From NCBI GenBank assembly GCA_023406915.1, contig JAEXTR010000343.1:1-35250 (forward strand): a DNA stretch of 35,250 nucleotides. Direction: 5' to 3'. The DNA comes from Bacteroidota bacterium (lineage in GTDB: Bacteria; Bacteroidota; Ignavibacteria; Ignavibacteriales; Ignavibacteriaceae). Shown here piece by piece: positions 9,288-18,287 of this stretch (position 1 is the first letter of the stretch; the number at the start of each line of letters is the position of its first letter). The notes beneath the pieces were generated by a model. It made no database searches and was not told where the DNA came from. It saw only the letters and a program-made list of their open reading frames with translations. A program made the translations under genes and the position numbers.

Positions 9288-10061
9288 CTATTGGAGCTTG
9301 AAGAGAATAGGGATAACTATTTTCATATTTACCTTTTTCCCATTCTTCATGCCAGAGGTAAAAGGTGTTTTACGAACGGCTTCAATGGCAGCCTTATTCA
9401 GTTCATCACCAGCACCCTGAAAGACTTCGCAATGTGTTACATTGCCATTTACATCAATATACGCTTCAACCAGTACTTTACCCTGCAAACCCTGCGCCTT
9501 TGCGTTTGGCGGATATACAACGTTCTTAACCAGGGTACCGATACCACCTACCGGCATTGGCATTTCATCTGCCTCAGTATAGTACGCAACCTTGTTCCGA
9601 ACATGATACTTTTGATTGTCTTTGTTTTTTACCAGCCCGCTGCTGATATCAACGAGGAGTGGAAACTGATACTTAATCCCCTTACCTTCTCTCTCTACTT
9701 TCTTGAAAGTGGAGGTCTTAAGGACTGATTCCATCATGAGATTATCCCGTTCATCTGCTTGCACCTTTTCAACCAACCGCACATAATCAAGTTTACCTTG
9801 TTCACTAATGAAAACTCTGTAGTTCAGCTGCTTTGTTTCACCGGGTAATTCACGAAGCTTTTGCAGGAAAGCTGCTTCATTGAGTTTCTCCAAACCAGAA
9901 ACGAATACACCTTCTTTCTCGATGTCTGTAATCTGCATATAAACAGCATCTTCATCCGGTTTTAGTGTTTTAGATGTGTCACTATCATTGCAACCGGGTG
10001 TGAATGCCGACAAAAGAACCAGGAGACTTAAAAACAGGGTATAGAAAACTTTTTTCATCAC
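9288..10061 (-). CDS. Exported (probably lipid-anchored) protein with a C-terminal TonB_C domain
   Basis: Signal sequence MMKKVFYTLFLSLLVLLSAFTPGC. C-terminal stretch YPPNAKAQGLQGKVLVEAYIDVNGNVTHCEV...AAIEAVRKTPFTSGMKNGKKV matches the TonB C-terminal fold pattern. Starts 5 nt after the anti-sigma stop. Confidence 0.65.
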   Translation of the reverse strand: MMKKVFYTLFLSLLVLLSAFTPGCNDSDTSKTLKPDEDAVYMQITDIEKEGVFVSGLEKLNEAAFLQKLRELPGETKQLNYRVFISEQGKLDYVRLVEKVQADERDNLMMESVLKTSTFKKVEREGKGIKYQFPLLVDISSGLVKNKDNQKYHVRNKVAYYTEADEMPMPVGGIGTLVKNVVYPPNAKAQGLQGKVLVEAYIDVNGNVTHCEVFQGAGDELNKAAIEAVRKTPFTSGMKNGKKVNMKIVIPILFKLQ

Positions 10062-10066
10062 TTACC

Positions 10067-10522
10067 TCACATTTTTGCGGTTTTAACAACTTTATAGCTT
10101 GAACTATCAATAACCGGAACAACCGGATAGCCAAAGTTCATTTGCAACAACTCCAGCTTCTCATCCTGCTCAGAAATCTGACTATTCTGATGCATGATGG
10201 TTTTATCCTGCTGAATATTTTGAGAGAGCAAAACCAAAGACATAATCAGCAAGATAGCAGCTGCGGAAGCGGATATCCATTGCACAACTGTTGCATATGG
10301 CTTCTTCTTTCTCTGTTCTTCCTTAATCAGCGTAAGTACATGATCATCAGCGGTTTCATCTTCCTGATAGTCCGCAAGGAGCTTTAATCCGGATAATGCT
10401 CTGTATAAAGCCCGGGCCTCTTCGTCATTGGCGAGGAGCAAAAACACCTCTGCTTCCTGCTCAATTTGTAGCTCACCATCAAGAAGTGATTGAATGCATA
10501 ATTGCTGATTTTCTGTTAGCAT
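10067..10522 (-). CDS. Putative anti-sigma factor (single TM, non-zinc type)
   Basis: Starts 1 nt after the ECF sigma stop. Helical N-terminus, one TM (WISASAAAILLIMSLVLLS), short external tail. No HxxxCxxC motif. The call is mainly positional. Confidence 0.55.
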   Translation of the reverse strand: MLTENQQLCIQSLLDGELQIEQEAEVFLLLANDEEARALYRALSGLKLLADYQEDETADDHVLTLIKEEQRKKKPYATVVQWISASAAAILLIMSLVLLSQNIQQDKTIMHQNSQISEQDEKLELLQMNFGYPVVPVIDSSSYKVVKTAKM

Positions 10523-10523
10523 A

Positions 10524-11075
10524 TTACTTCACCATTTTTTCAAGATACAGAATGAGTTTTTGCCTGATACGAAACAGTGCGCTTTTCACCTGAGATACCT
10601 CTAATCCAGTTACTACTGAAATCTCTTGATACGAAAGACCCGAATATTCTTTCAATAAGTATACTTCACGTAGCTGCTCCGGTATCTTGAGTAGGTAGTT
10701 CTGAATCAGATGGGCAACCTCGCTTCTTTCGTACACAGACTCCAGCGTATCAGCTTCAGGCAGTTCCAGAGCAGATATATCCTGCACTGAATAGGAATCC
10801 CTATGCGTTAGTTTTCTCCTGAAGTGCATATACACTGCATTCCGTGCAGACTTGAAGATATAGGATACTGCCGCACGTGAATCAGTGATCTTATTAAAGG
10901 ACTGATAACATCCGATAAAGACATCCTGCAGAATGTCTTCAGATAGCATTTTGTCATTTGTCATTTTTAAGATGTACTGATACACCGGTCTCTTAAAACG
11001 GAGATACAATTCAGTGAACAGGCTCTGTTCTTGAACTGGCTGCTGCACAGTGTTCCGATCATATAATGAATACAT
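10524..11075 (-). CDS. ECF-type RNA polymerase sigma factor
   Basis: Region 2 (LSEDILQDVFIGCYQSF) and region 4 (LPEQLREVYLLKEYSGLSYQEISVVTGLEVSQVKSALFRIRQKL); 183 aa. Confidence 0.88.
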   Translation of the reverse strand: MYSLYDRNTVQQPVQEQSLFTELYLRFKRPVYQYILKMTNDKMLSEDILQDVFIGCYQSFNKITDSRAAVSYIFKSARNAVYMHFRRKLTHRDSYSVQDISALELPEADTLESVYERSEVAHLIQNYLLKIPEQLREVYLLKEYSGLSYQEISVVTGLEVSQVKSALFRIRQKLILYLEKMVK

Positions 11076-11129
11076 ACTTGCATCTATAAAGATGCATCAG
11101 AAGAGGAAAAGTTATCTAAGAAGGAAAAA

Positions 11130-13727
11130 TTATAATGGAAGGGTAACTCTAAATGTACTGCCTTCACCTGGCTTGCTTTCAACTGAGATGACACCCTCCA
11201 TCTTGGTTACAAACTCCTTTACGAGCAATAGTCCCAGCCCAGTTCCCTTCTCCATGCTAGTACCTGGTCTGGAATAATTCTGATCAATTCTGAAGAGTTT
11301 CTCAATATCCTCCGGAGGCATACCTATACCGGAATCAGTAACTGATATAGCAACCTCGTTGCTTGTTGTGGATGAAGTAAGGGTAATTGAACCACCAGGG
11401 TTTGTAAATTTAATTGCATTGGATATAAGATTGCGCATCACTGTTTTAAACATATTTTCATCAACAATAGCCGCAATATCCCGTTCCATAAACACCGAGA
11501 GTTTCAGATTTTTTGAGAGGAGTGCTGCCTCAAATTGTAGCAACACATCTTTGGTGAGAATATATAGATTTGATAATTCAAGCTTTACAGCAATCCTTCC
11601 GGTCTGAGAGCGCGACCATTCCAACAGATTTTCCAGCAGAATGTAAGCTTCTTTTCCGCTCTCCTTTATCTTCTCAAGGTATTTCAACTTATCTGCGTCC
11701 TTAAAGGAAGCGTAATCTTCTATTAAAACCTCTGCGATCCCATTGATTGCATGAAAAGGATTTTTAAGATCGTGTGCAATGATTGAGAAGAACTTATCCT
11801 TTGCAAGATTTGTCTCGCGAAGTTCAGCATTCTGCTGTTGCAGCTTTCTCTCTGTCCGCTTACGTTCGGTAATTTCCCTGATAATAGCACAAATGAGGGA
11901 TTCAGTCTCAGTTTTTATAGGAAAAACTACATACTGTACGAAGTACTCCTTGCTGGAAATTACTATTCTGTCTTCTAAAAGCTTATTATAGAATGGCCTG
12001 AGTAAATCAATCAGCATTTCTGACTCATGGCGTTCGAAAAAGCTCTGAGCTGATTTCCCGTTCCTATTTGGTAAATATATCTTTATAATATCAAGAATCG
12101 TCATTTCAATGGCACGCCTGCGCGGAAGCCCAAAGATTTCCTCACATGCTTTATTCCAATATGTTATTCTCCCGTACTTATCAGCAATCAGGATTCCATC
12201 TACTGAACTCTCCGCCAGCATTTTAAATTTTTCTTCACCAGCACGCAGAGCAGCTTCTGCTTCTTTCTGTTTGGTCAGATCAACGAGTATGGAAATAATA
12301 CTTTCGACTTCACCATCCTTGCTGAAGAGAGGCGCTTTTGTAATGTAAACCTCCCGTCGCTGGTTGTTAGGAAGGCGCAAAGTAATATCCATGCTATCGA
12401 TTGCCCGGGTTTGAATCTGACGCTTCTCCTTCTGCATAAGAAGCCTTGCCATATCCTCATCATAAATATCCAGAAGAGTCCTGCCAATTATTTCATTGTG
12501 GGTAACATCCATAAATCGAACCATCGCTTCGTTACAATCGGTAATAATTCCTTCGAGGTTCTTGATGATAATTGGCGTTGGTAACGCGTGGAGTATATAT
12601 TCAACACGTTCCTTCATGGCTCGGACTTGCAGTTCTGCAGCTTTTCTCTGTTCAACCTCCTGGGCAAGCCGCCGGTTAACTCGAACGAGGTAAAAAATAA
12701 AACCAACGGCAACAACTGCAACCAGCAGACTTATCACCGTAATTCTTAGCATATTAGAAGAAATGGGAGCATAGCCCTCAGGATCAAAAACGAAACCGGT
12801 CAGATCATATGTTTTGGGTACAATCCCTAGTTCTGCAAATGATGATGCAATGCTTTCCCAACGTTCCATTGAAATTTCGCCAACAGTACCATTCCCGGAT
12901 TGAATCAGTCTGGTAATAACACTCGCTTCATAATACAGCTGTTCAACTGATTTTCTGCCTGGGAACTTAGAATTTATGAACTCTATTAGTTCCTCTTTGT
13001 GAGTGAGTGCATATTCCCATCCCCTGATGGTTGCTTTTTTGACTTTTTCTACCGTCTCCGGATTCTTCCTGGCATAATCTTCGGAGGTAAAAAGGCAGTC
13101 TCCATAAAAAGAGGCCCCATAATTGACAGGTCTGAAAAGCTTATACGGAAGATTATGCTTATGGAAATAAAATGGTTCGTTTGTGGAATAGCAAGAAATA
13201 GCATCAACAGAATCAGAGAGCAAGTCAGCAAAACGAAAGGAATGGGGTACGGTAGTAAAAGCGTTCAGAGGAATCTTTTCCCTGCTGAACATATACATCA
13301 ACTCTGCATCCTGTGTATTCAGCATTACCTTTTTCCCAATCAGGTCCCGAAGATCATTAATACCCCGATCACCTCTGACAGCTAAGGATAGAGGTGACTC
13401 CTGAATGATTGCAGCAACCAGAACAATTGGCTGCCCATTAATTCTGTTCATAACCAGTTCAGAGAGTCCGATACTAAAGTCAGCCTTTGCGGTAAGTACA
13501 TCAACAACCGGATTTGTAGTGTTATTCCCCTCTACTATAGTAACATGCAACCCCTCATCACGATAGTATCCCCTCTCCAAAGCAGCATAAAAACCCGCAA
13601 ACTGGAACTGATGGTACCACCTCAACTGAATTGTTACTTCTGTTGCCTGAGGATACACCCGGGAAGAAACAATCAGCATAAACCCGCACAGAAGCAACCA
13701 AAGATATTTCTTTGGAAAGAGAATCAT
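11130..13727 (-). CDS. Hybrid-architecture sensor histidine kinase: periplasmic NMT1/SsuA-like substrate-binding domain, TM, two PAS, HisKA, HATPase
   Basis: N-terminus IQLRWYHQFQFAGFYAALERGYYRDEGL (substrate-binding-like). TM ITVISLLVAVVAVGFIFYLV. H-box IAHDLKNPFHAI, N-box LISNAIKFT, G-boxes DSGIGMP and GTGLGLLLVKEF. No receiver domain and no adjacent response regulator. Confidence 0.85.
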   Translation of the reverse strand: MILFPKKYLWLLLCGFMLIVSSRVYPQATEVTIQLRWYHQFQFAGFYAALERGYYRDEGLHVTIVEGNNTTNPVVDVLTAKADFSIGLSELVMNRINGQPIVLVAAIIQESPLSLAVRGDRGINDLRDLIGKKVMLNTQDAELMYMFSREKIPLNAFTTVPHSFRFADLLSDSVDAISCYSTNEPFYFHKHNLPYKLFRPVNYGASFYGDCLFTSEDYARKNPETVEKVKKATIRGWEYALTHKEELIEFINSKFPGRKSVEQLYYEASVITRLIQSGNGTVGEISMERWESIASSFAELGIVPKTYDLTGFVFDPEGYAPISSNMLRITVISLLVAVVAVGFIFYLVRVNRRLAQEVEQRKAAELQVRAMKERVEYILHALPTPIIIKNLEGIITDCNEAMVRFMDVTHNEIIGRTLLDIYDEDMARLLMQKEKRQIQTRAIDSMDITLRLPNNQRREVYITKAPLFSKDGEVESIISILVDLTKQKEAEAALRAGEEKFKMLAESSVDGILIADKYGRITYWNKACEEIFGLPRRRAIEMTILDIIKIYLPNRNGKSAQSFFERHESEMLIDLLRPFYNKLLEDRIVISSKEYFVQYVVFPIKTETESLICAIIREITERKRTERKLQQQNAELRETNLAKDKFFSIIAHDLKNPFHAINGIAEVLIEDYASFKDADKLKYLEKIKESGKEAYILLENLLEWSRSQTGRIAVKLELSNLYILTKDVLLQFEAALLSKNLKLSVFMERDIAAIVDENMFKTVMRNLISNAIKFTNPGGSITLTSSTTSNEVAISVTDSGIGMPPEDIEKLFRIDQNYSRPGTSMEKGTGLGLLLVKEFVTKMEGVISVESKPGEGSTFRVTLPL

Positions 13728-13778
13728 ATATGTTTTAATATACTAAAACTTGAAGTGAATGTAAAGAGAGCCAAAAAA

Positions 13779-14960
13779 CTACTTTTTTGGTGTGATGTAG
13801 GTCTCAATTGCCTCCTGATAGATGCTTATCAATTGTTGATATGCAACTTCAGGTGAGTACTTTTCTTTGAATTCTTGAAATGCTGTTTCACCCATTTGCC
13901 GGAGTTCTGTGGGGTGGTTCATTGACCATCGGATTTTTTCAATAAAGTCATGGAGACTCCCCACCTGAAAGAGAATGCCGGTTTCACCATTCCGTATTAG
14001 TTCAGGTATCACCCCAATATTCGATGCCAGAATTGGCTTTGCATAAGCAAAGGACTCAGGGATTGGCATTCCCATCCCTTCATACAATACCGAAGGGAAT
14101 AATACCAAAGCGGCTTTAAAAACCGTTTCAGCCAATTTATCTCTTTCCAGTACACCCAGATATTTCAGATTTGATATTTGCAATGACTCTAACTCAGATT
14201 GCAATGGACCCGCCCCGGCAACAACAAAATGATACTCCGGCAGTGCCTGCGCCGCCTTCATAACCAAATCAAAACCTTTCAGGGGGTCTAGTCTTCCAAA
14301 GTAAAGCAGATAATTATCGTTTGAGGGCGTTATCCGAATATCGGGTGTATGCGAAAAGTTTGGCTTTACCAATATCTTTTCCTCGGGTAAACCACCCTGT
14401 ACAAACAGCTTTTTACCAAAATGTGTCAAAGCAATAAATCTGCTTATACTCTTATCCCATACATTCCGTTTTCTCGCTTTCTCAATCGTGTGCGCCAGGT
14501 GGAAAGTATGGAAATATGAATCCCGATAACACTTTCGTTTCACCGAATGATACAATGAACGCCCAACACACTCTGTGCATACCGCCCCATCACGATAAAG
14601 CATTGAATTAGTGCATATAAGCCGATAGCTGTGAAGAGTCATCACCAACGGAATATTCTGATCCGTACATGCATCGACCACACTAGGTGATAGCAGCGGG
14701 TAAAAGTGATGAAGGTGACAGATATCAGGTTTAAAGGTTTTAATTTTTGACGTTAAATCATTATAACTCTGCCTGGACCAAATCGCATTCGAAACTAATG
14801 AGATTTTTTGGGGGATGGAAAAAGACTCAATATCTCTATTGTCTTGTAAGTATTGTTCTACAATATGCCCATTGTCATATAAAAGTTTTCTTTCATTCTC
14901 AACGACGGTCTCCTCCCCACCCCTGAGCGCGTACATATTATGAATTTGTAGTATTCTCAT
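13779..14960 (-). CDS. GT4-family glycosyltransferase
   Basis: N-terminus MRILQIHNMYALRGGEE. C-terminal E-x7-E region FPSVLYEGMGMPIPESFAYAKPILASNIGVIPELI. Confidence 0.85.
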   Translation of the reverse strand: MRILQIHNMYALRGGEETVVENERKLLYDNGHIVEQYLQDNRDIESFSIPQKISLVSNAIWSRQSYNDLTSKIKTFKPDICHLHHFYPLLSPSVVDACTDQNIPLVMTLHSYRLICTNSMLYRDGAVCTECVGRSLYHSVKRKCYRDSYFHTFHLAHTIEKARKRNVWDKSISRFIALTHFGKKLFVQGGLPEEKILVKPNFSHTPDIRITPSNDNYLLYFGRLDPLKGFDLVMKAAQALPEYHFVVAGAGPLQSELESLQISNLKYLGVLERDKLAETVFKAALVLFPSVLYEGMGMPIPESFAYAKPILASNIGVIPELIRNGETGILFQVGSLHDFIEKIRWSMNHPTELRQMGETAFQEFKEKYSPEVAYQQLISIYQEAIETYITPKK

Positions 14961-15004
14961 TTCTCGATATTTTTGTATACATGCTTAACTATGGAATCTG
15001 TCTT

Positions 15005-16162
15005 ATGTCTCATGCGAGTCCGGTTTTTTTTATTAATCACCTTCGAAATTATGACGATTTATCAACTGAAACAACCTCTTGTTATGTAAATCTTTCTGCT
15101 CCTCGATTCCACAAAAATATCAAAGGCTACAAACCAACACCTTTGGTTGAGTTACCAGGACTGGCTGCATCAATCGGAGTTGATAAGATTTTTATAAAAG
15201 ACGAATCAAAACGATTCCACCTCAAGGCATTTAAGTGCCTGGGGGCATCATTTGGTATTCATAGCGTTATTGGTAATAAAGGGGGGAGCGAGTTTGATCT
15301 TATTTGCAGTGCAACAGATGGTAATCATGGAAGAGCAGTGGCTTGGTATGCACGTCAAATTCAAAAGAAATGTGTAATCCTGGTGCCAATAGGGACCACA
15401 CAGCAGCGAATTGAGGCAATCAGGTCTGAAGGGGCAGAAGTGATCATTGTGAAGGGTGATTATGATACTACCGTAGAAATAGCTTTTCAATACTCCATTG
15501 AAAATAATGGATTACTGGTTCAGGATACTGCGTTCGACAATTATGAACTGATACCGCAACTCATTATGCAGGGATATACAACGATGATGGAAGAGATCAG
15601 GGAAGAATTAGAAATAAAGGGTTGGAAGAATAGTTTTGATTTGGTACTGATTCAAAGCGGCAATGGGACATGGGGGGCAGCTGTGGCATCTTACCTTCAT
15701 TCTGAAAGCAATAATTCAATACCACAGATCATTTCGGTTGAACCGTTTGAGTCTGATTGCTGCTTCAGTGCGGTTTTTTCAGGGAAAATCATTCAAACTC
15801 AAAAGTCTCAAAAAACTATGATGGCAGGATTGAATTGCGGTACGATATCCAAACTCGCATTCCCCATTTACAAAAGTGTTTTCTCTGGAATGTTGTTACT
15901 CAAAGAAGAACACACAATTAATGCGATGAGATTATTTGCATCACCATTAAAAAGCGATGCGGCTATTGAATCAGTGGAATCAGGTGCGGCAGGATTGGCG
16001 GGATTAATGGCGTTGACGAAGGACAAATCTTACGCAGACCTTAAAGAGTATCTGGGAATCGGCAAAAGGTCACGGGTTCTGATTTTCAATACTGAAGGAA
16101 TTACTGATCAATCAAATTATGACAAAATTGTAAAAAGACAGTTAAACTTTTTCAGGGATTGA
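15005..16162 (+). CDS. dpaL: PLP-dependent diaminopropionate ammonia-lyase-like enzyme
   Basis: IKDESKRFHLKAFKCLGASF (PLP lysine), ATDGNHGRAVAW, DYDTTVE and VQDTAFDNYELIPQLIMQGYTTM closely follow the YgeX/DpaL pattern. The track start is ATG 14981, only 20 nt from the divergent GT4 start; ATG 15005 (MSHASP...) is an equally good start. Confidence 0.75.
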   Translation: MSHASPVFFINHLRNYDDLSTETTSCYVNLSAPRFHKNIKGYKPTPLVELPGLAASIGVDKIFIKDESKRFHLKAFKCLGASFGIHSVIGNKGGSEFDLICSATDGNHGRAVAWYARQIQKKCVILVPIGTTQQRIEAIRSEGAEVIIVKGDYDTTVEIAFQYSIENNGLLVQDTAFDNYELIPQLIMQGYTTMMEEIREELEIKGWKNSFDLVLIQSGNGTWGAAVASYLHSESNNSIPQIISVEPFESDCCFSAVFSGKIIQTQKSQKTMMAGLNCGTISKLAFPIYKSVFSGMLLLKEEHTINAMRLFASPLKSDAAIESVESGAAGLAGLMALTKDKSYADLKEYLGIGKRSRVLIFNTEGITDQSNYDKIVKRQLNFFRD

Positions 16163-17273
16163 CTGATCGCAGGTATTTTTTTCGGTCAGTTAAAAATTTC
16201 TTCAACCTGGTGGCTTCCCTGTCAAGATCAAATCCACTTTTGCCAAGGAATAGATCGTTTTTGTGAGGTTCTCTTATCAGGCCAGATAAAGAATCTATTA
16301 CGGCAAAAAGAACATGCTCAGTCAAAACACTATCCCTGATCTGTACCATATAATTATGATACAGTGCAATTCCTTCTGGGCACTGTTTCAAGACATCGAT
16401 AATTTCATTTTTCCCATAGTAATCACCATCGGCAGATATATCATCCCACCTGTCGAAGTCCCAGGGAATAACATTAAACTTATTATCTGACATGCTTGTA
16501 TAGAGATAAAAGTTGTTATTAAAATTATCATGAAGCTTCAATGCGGCAGTGGCAGCATGATATCGCAGATATTGATTAATATCAATGATTTTGCTCAGAG
16601 ATTGATATGCCTGAATAGGGTTGGCAGAATCCACTGCCATCAACAGATCAGCAAGGGTACCAAAATTGTCATCCTCGGGATACTTTTTTTCAAAATTGTT
16701 TGAAATATTTGGTGACCCTTTGAGTGAAAACCTACCCTTAAACCCAAGCTGATACAATTCCTGTATATGAATCCCTTTTCGTACAAAGAAATCTTCCTTT
16801 ATCGGTTCGACAAGTACCGATAACAACTCAGCACCTTCGTTTATTTTTATCCGTACATACTTCTGTTTGAATGCAGGGAATCCCAGTTTACTATAGACAA
16901 GCTGAGCCACAGAGGTTTTCAGCATGGAATTATCCTCTGCCTGAGAGTTCAGATTAAATTCTTTCAGCCCCTCAATACTACTACCTCCTTGAAGGGCAAC
17001 CCGATAATTCCACCGAATGGTATATCGTGAGCTTGCTCCGGATGAGCGGATACGCCCAACTAACCTTCTGCCCTGATAATAAAACTCAGCCGTCACTGGT
17101 GCATCAATTGTTTTGTTGCCTAATAGTTGTTGGTATTCCTCTGGTTCAATAATGATTTGCAACAGCGGGACCTCTTCTCCTGGTTTCGTTGGATCATACT
17201 CCTCGATCTGGTCGCAACCGACGATAAACAGAATCAGAAAAGCAGTGATAACACTTTTCAGGTACTGATGCAT
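16152..17273 (-). CDS. CotH-kinase-family protein with a lipoprotein signal
   Basis: Lipobox LILFIVGC. CotH-like blocks: RIRSSGASSR...WNYRVAL, FNLNSQAEDNSMLKTSVAQLVYSKLGFPAFKQKYVRIKINE, QYLRYHAATAALKLHDNFNNNFYLYTS...KFNVIPWDFD. Confidence 0.7.
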   Translation of the reverse strand: MHQYLKSVITAFLILFIVGCDQIEEYDPTKPGEEVPLLQIIIEPEEYQQLLGNKTIDAPVTAEFYYQGRRLVGRIRSSGASSRYTIRWNYRVALQGGSSIEGLKEFNLNSQAEDNSMLKTSVAQLVYSKLGFPAFKQKYVRIKINEGAELLSVLVEPIKEDFFVRKGIHIQELYQLGFKGRFSLKGSPNISNNFEKKYPEDDNFGTLADLLMAVDSANPIQAYQSLSKIIDINQYLRYHAATAALKLHDNFNNNFYLYTSMSDNKFNVIPWDFDRWDDISADGDYYGKNEIIDVLKQCPEGIALYHNYMVQIRDSVLTEHVLFAVIDSLSGLIREPHKNDLFLGKSGFDLDREATRLKKFLTDRKKYLRSVNP

Positions 17274-17277
17274 AAAT

Positions 17278-18276
17278 TCAGAAAGCTACCATGAGTTGAG
17301 CTACATAGAATGAAAGATCAGATGAATATACTGATGATGCACGGTTTTTTGAGAATCTAAGGTCTGCGTTTAACATCAATCTGGCATCCTTATTAAAATA
17401 GATATTCAGCCCGATCATGGACTGGATTACCTGTTCACCTGGGATTTGAACATCTGGCCGGAAAATTCCTAGCGTTATAACAGGTTCCAGGCTCTTTACT
17501 ACCATTTTTTTAATTTCAAATGTATAAGATGTGATCAATCTTCCACCGAACGAGTAAACAGTTTCATCCAAACCGATTTTCCTTCTTCGTAAACCCTCAA
17601 TCGGGTCCTGTACATAGGATAGTTCAAGATCAACGAGACTACGTTCACCAAATCTGCTAATATCTACTGCAAACCCATTGCAGCCAATTTCTCCATTATA
17701 ACTTCTTTGCATACGTTCATAGCTGAAACCAATATTGAGCAGTGGAAAGTGATACTGATATCTTACAATACCACCATAGTATTGAGAATTATCCTTATAC
17801 AATGACACATAATATGTCATCGGGATATCTTCCGGGTCATCCTCATCATGTTTTCTGTAAACCATCAGACTGACACTTCTTCCTGAATACCCAAGTTCAG
17901 ATAGCCTGTCCGCGGTATATGAATGATCAACCATGGGCAATTCTTCTGTATCATAAAGATTTTCAAAGCCGAATGGTTTTTTAAGCATACCAACCCTGAC
18001 CTGAAAGTCTTTGGAATACTCAAACTTTGCAGAGAACTCTCTGAGCCTAACCGAATTATCAGCTGAGTTCCCCCTGAAATCCAGTTGTGCATCGATATAT
18101 TTGCTAACCTTGTAGTCAGCCTGAAATTTACCTTCAAAATATGTCTTTTGATTATTTTCTCCGACGATTTCATGATTATAATGGATATAACCAGTAGCCC
18201 CATATCCTGAAAATTTAATCTCCTGGGCTGAAATAATACTTGTAAAAAGGAGAAGGGAGAGGAATATTTTGTTCAT
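17278..18276 (-). CDS. Outer-membrane beta-barrel, OprO/OprP (porin O_P)-like
   Basis: Signal MNKIFLSLLLFTSIISAQE. Alternating amphipathic strands and a terminal ...LMVAF. VRLREFSAKFEYSKDFQVRVGMLKKPFGFENL resembles the porin O_P core (vGqfK.PfglE). Confidence 0.55.
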   Translation of the reverse strand: MNKIFLSLLLFTSIISAQEIKFSGYGATGYIHYNHEIVGENNQKTYFEGKFQADYKVSKYIDAQLDFRGNSADNSVRLREFSAKFEYSKDFQVRVGMLKKPFGFENLYDTEELPMVDHSYTADRLSELGYSGRSVSLMVYRKHDEDDPEDIPMTYYVSLYKDNSQYYGGIVRYQYHFPLLNIGFSYERMQRSYNGEIGCNGFAVDISRFGERSLVDLELSYVQDPIEGLRRRKIGLDETVYSFGGRLITSYTFEIKKMVVKSLEPVITLGIFRPDVQIPGEQVIQSMIGLNIYFNKDARLMLNADLRFSKNRASSVYSSDLSFYVAQLMVAF

Positions 18277-18287
18277 AACGTTTCGAT

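Noticed and set aside
9255-9728. Plus-strand ORF of 157 aa.
   Set aside because: It is antisense to the TonB_C-domain gene and shows no recognisable features.
13771-13790. CCAAAAAA-ctac-TTTTTTGG hairpin overlapping the GT4 stop codon.
   Set aside because: The stem is almost pure A:T, so its stability is marginal. It is probably a by-product of the Lys-Lys-stop coding sequence.
17278-18276. Interpreting the barrel as PorV, the partner of a PorU-like sortase.
   Set aside because: It is shorter than the PorV/FadL-type barrels as I recall them, and its one recognisable motif fits the porin O_P family better. The idea is kept only as an alternative to test.
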